A stretch of 59,667 nucleotides of DNA, the filler included, from Perkinsus olseni (taxonomy: Eukaryota), in assembly GCA_013115125.1 (NCBI GenBank). It is 7 parts of 7 records of this genome, joined end to end, with 100 filler letters (N's around TTAATTAATTAA, not from the genome) between each part and the next. Parts side by side here need not be neighbours in the genome. Positions count along the whole stretch, not along the records: positions 51,305 to 59,667 come from JABANN010000973.1; 6 more parts are not named here. One strand, 5' to 3'. Shown piece after piece: positions 51,650 to 59,667 of this stretch. A program made the position numbers and the translations under genes. Within the stretch, counting starts at the first letter, position 1; each line of letters opens with the position of its first letter. The notes beneath the pieces were generated by a model that was not told the origin of the DNA, made no database searches, and saw only the letters and a list, made by a program, of their open reading frames with translations.

Positions 51650-54311
51650 TCACAGTAGGGTTGGCTCACCCTCTCTTGTCTCAGAGCGTCGACTATATCG
51701 CACAACACTTCGTTCTTCATGCTGGCCTAAAAGATGCCAATACACAGCGCTCAGTGAAGGCCAGCCCACGAGCTTCTCTGAGCACTGTGCCTCTCTTAGC
51801 AGCTCCCTCCGCTTGGCAACCTCGAACGGGATGTCGTCTAGCGGGACCTGGAGCCCGGAGAGAGGATGCGCTGCACGCCGGCCCAGCTCCTCTAACCTGT
51901 ATACTGCGAGGTAGCGGTCTTGCAAGGAGCTGCCAACATTCTTGGGAGTAGGTACTAGCATGCTTCGACAGGAATGAGACCATCTCTGAGCCAGGCGGAG
52001 CGATGCAGGTTGAGTGAATTTTGTGCAAACCTCACCTGCATGGTCAGCAGCTTCACAGGCCTTCATACCTTCATCCCGGGCACTTCTCAAAGCAGCAATT
52101 CTCTGAAGCGGGAGTGACAACATGAAGAAGCGCAGTTATGTCGATACCAACCTCAGCGACATCGCCCAGCTGTTGTCGGTGGTCCACCAGCATGTGCTCC
52201 TTCACTCGTCGCGTGGACTGGAGGAGCTCTGAGAGTGACACTGTTTCAACTAACCTCCGGAGCAGGAACGGTTGACAGGGAGATTGCTCCCCAATGGGGA
52301 GCACCCTCCCTATCTCCGCGATAGCTGATGGGGAGTCCCCATCAAAGAGGCGTTTCTGCGCAAGGAGCCTCGCAGGCAATGCTGTATTCTCTGCATAAAG
52401 GAAAGTAGACATAAAGAAGTTTTGCATGGCCGCCATGCTATGGCGAACCATTCCAGGATATCGTTTGGAATCCACTACGATGAAACACGACTATCACTAC
52501 TGATGACCTATCAGTGATAGGGAAGGCTGGGAAATTTCCGGCTTCGTCTGGCCAACGAAGTTCTACCGAGCAGCTCCAGGCACTATCGCCCGAGTTGCTC
52601 AAGATGGCGCAGAGATCTGGTGGTTCAAGCAGCCTACCCATGGCCTGCTCGAAGTCTTCCCGAAGATCTCGAGCTGCTGCGTCGGCCAGCCGACCTAGCT
52701 CCTCGAGTTTGGCCTGAAAAGGACGAAGCCAATGATAGTACGTGAGAGGTAAGTAATGAACGGTGGTCAGAGACGAGAGCCCTGGCCGATTCGAAGTCGT
52801 GTGACCGGTCTTCGAGACGAGCTGCAGCTCGTCTGCTTAACGCCTGACATCTGTCCTCAATATCTCCTCTTCCAGAGCAGCAGCCTTGCCGCTCTCCAGC
52901 TCCCTCAGGGACCCATCCATCATCCTCAACTTGGCCTCGCAAACCTCAGTAATCGCCCGCGAACGTGATGATGCTCTCGGAGAGCCCATCAGAGAATAGC
53001 TGTATCTGTTGCCACGACCTCTATCGCGACACTGGCGCTCATCCACCGGCTGATCTAACCTCAGGCAACGCCAGTATCCGACGAACCGAGAAGAAACTCT
53101 CCACAAAAGGGCGGCAGTTCAGGTTGAACTCGGGTGATAATCACGCGGGGATTGCCAGTCACTGGTATGCTATCGAGGTTTGCTGTCGATACGAGTAGTA
53201 CAGCTAGAAGAGGTATTAGCAAATCAAAAGATTAGTCGCGTCAAAAAATTACCAACACGTCCTGGCTCTTACCCCCCTTTCCGATCCGCTTCGCATCGAC
53301 TACAAAGGGCAGCTCGAGTCGTCTCACACCACAATGTTAGGGGAAGGCCGTGGGCCGAACAAAATGACGGCGAGGTGCTAATGCGTGATGACACTGGAGG
53401 CCGCGACGACGGTAGTGAGGTGGTCCTGAAAAACCCCACCATTTCACCACCGGTAAGTATCCGAAAGTTCCGGACCCACCCCTTTGCGTCTTCCGCTATG
53501 CCGCCCTCGACACTCTCTCTAGTGCTACTGCCTCTGAACGCATTCGAATCTTCCGGCCTGGCAGCCAAGGAGGGGGCTGCTGATTGAAGTGTCTCGCTCT
53601 GGGAGCGGGGGTCCGGAGGTGCCTGAGAGAGTTGCTGCAAACTACTCAGGTCACCACCTCGTTGACAATCCCGTCGGCAGAAGCAGCCGAGCGACTAGCA
53701 GAAAGATGTCCGACAGGAATTGTGTGCTCAAGCTGATTAAGTTCTGTCGATATCGACAGTCCTCTCACTGATGGCCGAGAGACGACGCCACTTCAGTTTA
53801 TGCAAGGTGAGTGCTAAGGAGTCCATACCCAACATACCTGTTCAGCATCGCTCCGCTCGTCACTCGCTCTTTTTTTGAACTCCCTCTGGGCCAGTTCACG
53901 CTCGCGTTGCCTCGACGCCTCCAGTGCCGTCTCGAGTCGAGCTGCTCTGTCCGACAGAGACTGCAATTCCTGATAATTCCATGCACAGCTCTGCATCGCT
54001 CCGTCACTCCCGACTTTCGATGCCTCATCCACGAGCAACCGCTGCTCCTCCTCCCTAGCCCTCAGCTTCTCATCCAGGATCCCCGCGATTGCCTCCTTGA
54101 CCATGGTCGCGATAGTTTGGGGATCGATCCCAGCACCTCCGTCAGGCTGCCCAGCCCCACGCGTCACGCTCTGATCAACCTTAGGCGCTTCTTCTGGCCC
54201 AATTCCGTCCACCAATACAGCGGGAGTGCTCTCCTCTGTTGAACCATGCGTTGGACCATTCCTGATCAGTATTGCCAACTCACCTTGCCCTCCGCTCGAC
54301 AGCCGACTCAT
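51650..54311 (-). pseudogene. Fragmented long reading frame with coiled-coil segments, possibly gag/ORF1 of a decayed retroelement
   Basis: Chain of minus-strand ORFs in changing frames (53814-54311, 53269-53640, 52071-52475, 51650-52123) with charged helical stretches. No diagnostic motif, so the retroelement call is a guess. Confidence 0.35.
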
Positions 54312-56843
54312 GGGGGCAATCTGCGGTCTTGCAGACCTTACACTACGGCGTACGCCACTAAGAGACTCGCAGTGGCACTCACATTTCTACAGCATCATTC
54401 TGGTCGGTAGTCACGCGATCTCGGAGAAAACTCTGTGCCCTCTCAAGGGCCTCGTCGACCATCTTAGGGACGGCCCCAGCAAGGGATGTGAGTGGACTCT
54501 CCTACAAAGCGACGAATAATACGTCATTGGTCAGTCAAGGACGGTTACGTCTGCTGGATCAGCTGATGGAGCAGGCAGGCTGACCTTCCAAGGGGCCTCT
54601 TCCGTACTGCCCCGGACGTCAAAGCTCTCCCTCTGAGAAACCGCACTCGGAAAGACGACGAGGCAAATTTTTCGATCTCGCTCAAAAAACGGGCGCCATC
54701 GAGCTGGCCCCGGCTGATCGTTCATCCAGATCCGCTCGTCAATTTTGTTCAGTTACCCCTACAGAAGGCCTACCGCTGCATTGCTGTTGGTGTCGCGCTG
54801 GTGAGCGCCCGGTTCGGCCGTCGCCTCCCTGATCACGGAGACTCTCAAGTGATGCAAGACTTTGGCTGCCCACTTCCTCATGAATGTGCCCGAGTCAATA
54901 ACACTACCATCACCGTCTTGAGGTCGATAGGCCGAGATGGGAGGGGACCAACCAGCACCTACGGATTTTTTCACCCGGACTTAATCGTTCCACGATATAC
55001 CGGGTGCATCCAGGCCCCAACGATACCCAGAGGAGCTACTCATGTTACCGATGATTGTGAAGGGCTCTGGGTCCATGTGGAACTGAAAACTTTGACGGCT
55101 AAAATCAGGCGGCATGATGCCACCGGCATCCCGTCATACGGATGCACTCCCAACGGTGTCGCGGTGATGATGCACACTGTAGGGACACAGTGCAGCGTTA
55201 TCCCTCGTCTCCTACAAGGGGACTTCTAAGCAGCGCTTGGATGAGCTAGTGATAAGATAGCAGAGTGCGTTCAGAACTAGTATTAAGACAGTAAAGAGCG
55301 TTCGAAACCTATCTTGTCATGCGACTTGACGTAGCACTGCCAACACCTTAAGTGACATTCAACACCGGCTAGGACCATCGAAGGTGGGCAACTCGTCGCG
55401 ATTAAAGCATTCTCCCATTGTAACAGACATGAACTGCAAGACTGATCTGTTATCAATTGATAAAAGCTTAGATATAAACTCAGATGCTCATAACTCGTCG
55501 AAGCTCTCGCTCCAGGGACTCCGGGATGTTCTTGAAGAAGACACCCCCATTTCTGTCCCAATGCATCTGGAAACGCCGAAAGATAACGAATACGATTTAG
55601 GGCAGCACGATGACGGACGCACCTCGAGACCGGTAGCCGCATCGACAAGGATCCCCTCAACATGTCGTTCCCGGTTTATGACACCATAACAATGGCCTCG
55701 CTGTGATACGACTTGATAATAGGGTGCCTGGCAAGACACTCGAACTTATTGTCGTTGAACAATTCATGAACTTAAGGTCACTCAACTGAGTGTTGAAAAG
55801 TGTATCAAGATGGCGTCTAATAGAACAGAGGATCATCTGCTGCAGATCGAATGCCTTTCAGAAGGCACAGCAGTGGCATTTTTCCTCCACCGCGTGACGA
55901 AATTAGGCAGTCTATGAGCAACATCCGTATCACGGCTGATGCGGGGGTTGTTCAGCCCTCGTTGCCGTCAGTCAGTCTTCTCGCAGTCAGTTGGAGCGCA
56001 GTTCACGCCTACCGTATTCCTCAATATTCCGACGAAGTCCACTCCTCCACCTGAGTTGATCGCTTCTCCAATATCCCGAGTAAGGCCATCAGGGAGGCGA
56101 CCGTATGTGCGCACTCCCTTGCCGTCGGAATGGATCACTATCCAACTACACACGACGAGCCTGATGGTGTGGCCCGGCCACAGAGCACCGTAAGGGCATT
56201 CAAATGACACGAAATTTCTTCTCGACACTGAGTTGAGTTGGTCCAATACCGAGTTGGAGTTCACTGAACTCAGTTCAGCTTAGAGAATTCCTACTGTAGA
56301 CAGATTCGAGCTTTTCTGATCTGCGGGTATCCGATGGCCGCTTTACTAAAGCAAGTTGCTTTAAGCAACTCTCACAAGTTCTCTACAGCTGACCAAGGCG
56401 ACTCACCATTCGAACTCTGCACTCCCCAAAGAAAATCCACGTACGCGAGGACACTCTGCGATAACTTGCTGAAGTGACTGATAGTACGCTGAAGAGACGC
56501 AGACCGAACCACGGTTGTTCAACCACCTACCCCGCTCAAGAAACAAGTATTAGGATAACTGGTCTATCCCGAAGTTATCCAACTCCAGCATGCATTTACG
56601 ACGCAATAGCGTATCCCAACGTATTCATGCTATATCAGTATGAACTACGAAAACAAACGAAGCGTCGATGAGTCCCGGAGCTTTCTTGTTATTCCAAATC
56701 TTTCGATTTGCTGAAACGATTGTAGTGCTGACATACTTAGTAACGTAACGTCTACACTCTCATCGCGTCTATATACTCTCATCCCAATAAATTTGGGTTT
56801 ACGAAGGCGAGAGTCGTGTCACCAATTCTTCTCTACTCCGGCC

Positions 56844-56959
56844 TTGAGAACTGGCTGTTAGCCAGAGTCTGGCTGACAGCCAGTTCTCAAGTCTGGCTGA
56901 CAGTCAGCTCGCTCGGCCTGAAACAGGGGCTCCTCATTGAAGAGCCCCTGTTTCAGGCC
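56844..56959. repeat. Two near-perfect palindromes (56844-56890 and 56915-56959)
   Basis: The first is 23+1+23 with one mismatch. The second has perfect 18-bp arms around CTCATTGAA. Confidence 0.9.
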
Positions 56960-57339
56960 CAGCCAGCTGAGGTTGGTGCCGGAATGATTGCCGCAGCGGC
57001 TTCCGAGAATCATGGAGCTTAATAAGTCGCTCAATCGGTGAAGGGCGGCAGCGACGTGTCGTGACGGTGATGGCAACGTTGGGCTAGAACCTTACGCGCT
57101 TTAGGTGCAGCAAGCGCTCGAAGCTAATGATTCTATCCCTCAATGGCCTAGTGGTAACGGCTCTGCTCGCAGGGATCAGCATCCTCTAGCTGCCACGGAT
57201 GAGCCTGGCGGGGAATGGTGGAGTAGAGGGCTTAGGGGTCAGGCTGACCCCTAAACTACCGACCTGGTCGGGAGCCTTATTTCGAAAGAGGTTCTCTCCG
57301 ACCAACTGTGACCGAAGAATTGTATAACTCGGTGTGAAT

Positions 57340-58400
57340 CCTTTGACCTCCGAATTGCTGACGTACCCGACCTCCTGTACGTCGCCATTAGCATTAAGAC
57401 CTCTCTGTCCATATCTTTTTCGACGTAGTTTATCATTGTGTTAAGGATGTAGAGAGTAAAGGCCCTTTACGGTTTGAACTGAACCCCCCTCTACTAAAGG
57501 GGGGTTCAGTTTGAACCGTTCAACTTATCACTCAAGTGACTTGAGTCAAGTCAAGTTCTTGTGAGCAGTAACCAGAAAGGAGAAATGTCGGAGAATGATT
57601 GTTTCATTGCTTGGTACCATAGATCGTTACTAGCGCGGTTGAGCCTCCGTATGCTGTACGTATGTGACAGTTATGCACGAGAGAGATATTCGGGGGACAA
57701 TAGTGCCGCATGCTCAAATTGCGACACACGTTCTAAAGGCTTTAGCCTAAAGCGGAGCACCGATGGACCATTGATGAGCCCCCGAATATCATGCTATTGC
57801 AAGTTCAGACATCTTTTGTGCAGTCGACGATACCAACTAAGTCCGCGAAATCATTAGCGTTATTCACCATATCCCGTCGCTGAACAGAGCGATCAACTAC
57901 GGGTTCTGTGTTGACATCACCGATTTTCTCGAATTAAAGAGCTGGCAGACGGATGGGACTTACACATTGTGAGCGCATCATGCAGACATGAGAAAGGCAT
58001 TTGTAACCAAGTAAGACGTCGCCGTGGAGAGGATCGAAGGGTGTCTGTAGCGCTTGTACAGAGCGTGGATACGCAAGATCTGCGAGGACATAGCCAGAGA
58101 ATATCAGACAACAGAGAGACTTCGTTAAAGAGTCTTCAGAGCCCTATGCTCTTTCAAGAACCCTTGAGGGAACGCCGTCGGTGTAAATTTTTTGATCTCC
58201 AAATTGTTGATGTACCCGACGAACCTGGTAAAAAATGTTGCCATTAGCAATAAGACGGTCTTATTGAGGCCTCTCTTTCCACATCTTTCTCGACGGAGTC
58301 TATCATTGCGCCGTGGTTGTAGGGAGTAAAGGAGAGCTCAACTTTCGACTCAAGTCAGATCTTCGTGAGGAGTACCCGGAAATGAAGGTTGTCTGAGTAC
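57340..58400. repeat. Diverged direct duplication (~57340-57600 similar to ~58190-58400)
   Basis: Shared blocks such as ATTG.TGA.GTACCCGAC, GCCATTAGCA.TAAGAC, CTCTCT.TCCA.ATCTTT and GAGTAAAGG. The first copy carries palindromic insertions. Confidence 0.8.
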
Positions 58401-59667
58401 AAGCTTTATTCGATGACGAGTTGCAGTCGCTACAAGTCACCGTGCCTGTTCGTCAGTCGGTCCGGCGATGCAGACCGTCATCCCGGGATGGCGACGTCTG
58501 TTCAAGGTCGGTGACTCTGTGATGAAATGGGTTCGTAATACTTATCCGCTTACCCCTTCGTGGAAAGGTCTAGAGTTGTGACACAACTGTTGTGTCATCT
58601 CCGCGCAACGTCTAGAACCTCGATTTTCACTCGATATTCTTCGTCTCGCCGAGACTATAAGTTATGTCGACTAAAATGCAGCTTAGTTTGTCCGAAATTT
58701 GGGAAGAATCTCGAATCGCCAAGTCAATCATGAGTATGGCACTCATGAGGGGGTGCAAATTATGGCTTTTGGAAGACCTCTGCTGTGACTTCATTGGTCG
58801 AGATCCTCTTGGCGATGCTTCACGGTGGGAGCCCATACGCGGCATCCACTTGAGCGGTCGGTCGTGAGCGTTTGAGGGACTTCATTTCATAATATGAAAG
58901 TCATATCTCAGACTCTCCGTTCGATTCCTATGCTGGGAATATTATGAGCGATCTCCACTAGGCCTGATCGACGCGTTCCATTGACACATCGAGGCGTATA
59001 TCGTGTTTTGGAGTTAACTGAAGCAATCTTTTAATTCCACATCGTGCTCCTCGGGTGAACAGGTTGTAGTACAACCGTCCTAAGCCACGACAAAGTGGAT
59101 TTTTGTTTGCTCAATACGGTCTCCGTAACCGTTGATTCGTGTACCGTTGGAGTACTATATTATGAATTTTGCTTCAACTTGCCCTACCCCGAGATCCACT
59201 AGTCTCGCGTTGGGATAATAGTCGTAGGTTGATATAGGTTTTCAACGCTGAATATCGAGAACTTATTACTAGGTCTTGAAGACGAAGGGGCAAGGCTCGC
59301 GAGATGTGTGGACCGCGAATCACCCGGTGTAGGGTACCCCCTTGTTCATTCAAAAGCTTTGAGGAAACGCATTAGTCGAGATTTGTTGAATACTAGCAAG
59401 TTACAACGTCCCCGGTTCGAATCCCACGGACGTCATTTTTTCCGACAAAACCGTGCAACTTGTGATATGGAGTAGGGTCCCTATGCCGATCGACTCAGAG
59501 TGAGGGTCGGTCCGACTTGGTCGGAGCGGGGGATCATAATCTTGTACGATGACATGGGCCCCCGAATGTGGGAAATTTGAAGTTCAAATTTTGAACCCTG
59601 AGTAGCCTTGAACCACACGAAAGTCGGTGGTCAAACCCATTAGATCGCTAGTTGGGGCTGAACCGCC

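Noticed and set aside
59395-59440. tRNA-like T-arm GGTTCGAATCCC
   Set aside because: I could not build a cloverleaf. At most a tRNA-derived fragment; tRNAscan-SE would decide.

Overview
Eukaryotic DNA, not a prokaryotic locus. The window is seven unrelated ~8.4-8.5 kb contigs, in descending size order, joined by artificial 100-bp N44-TTAATTAATTAA-N44 linkers. Short introns, expanded secreted and aspartic protease families and a Cys-rich 'GSYCKYW' module suggest an alveolate, most like Perkinsus (inference). Recognisable genes: a tandem pepsin-family aspartic protease array (one intact copy, two disrupted), a cyanobacterial-type MPBQ/MSBQ-like methyltransferase, a WDR6-like WD40 protein, MEMO1, an IQ/ankyrin/PHD protein, a secreted NHL-like/mucin/Cys-rich protein and two lineage-specific paralogue pairs. 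Mobile-element remnants include RNase H fragments, a solo LTR and putative hAT and Mutator-like termini. The most striking signal is a stereotyped 22-bp scar, ABCDEFG + revcomp(ABCDEFGH) + BCDEFGH (net +14 bp), found as 14 exact copies plus decayed and long-armed variants. This is the product expected when a transposon with an 8-bp target duplication excises through flank hairpins and the two palindromic overhangs anneal. Two such scars frameshift one gene, and paralogue comparisons show the scars are insertions.
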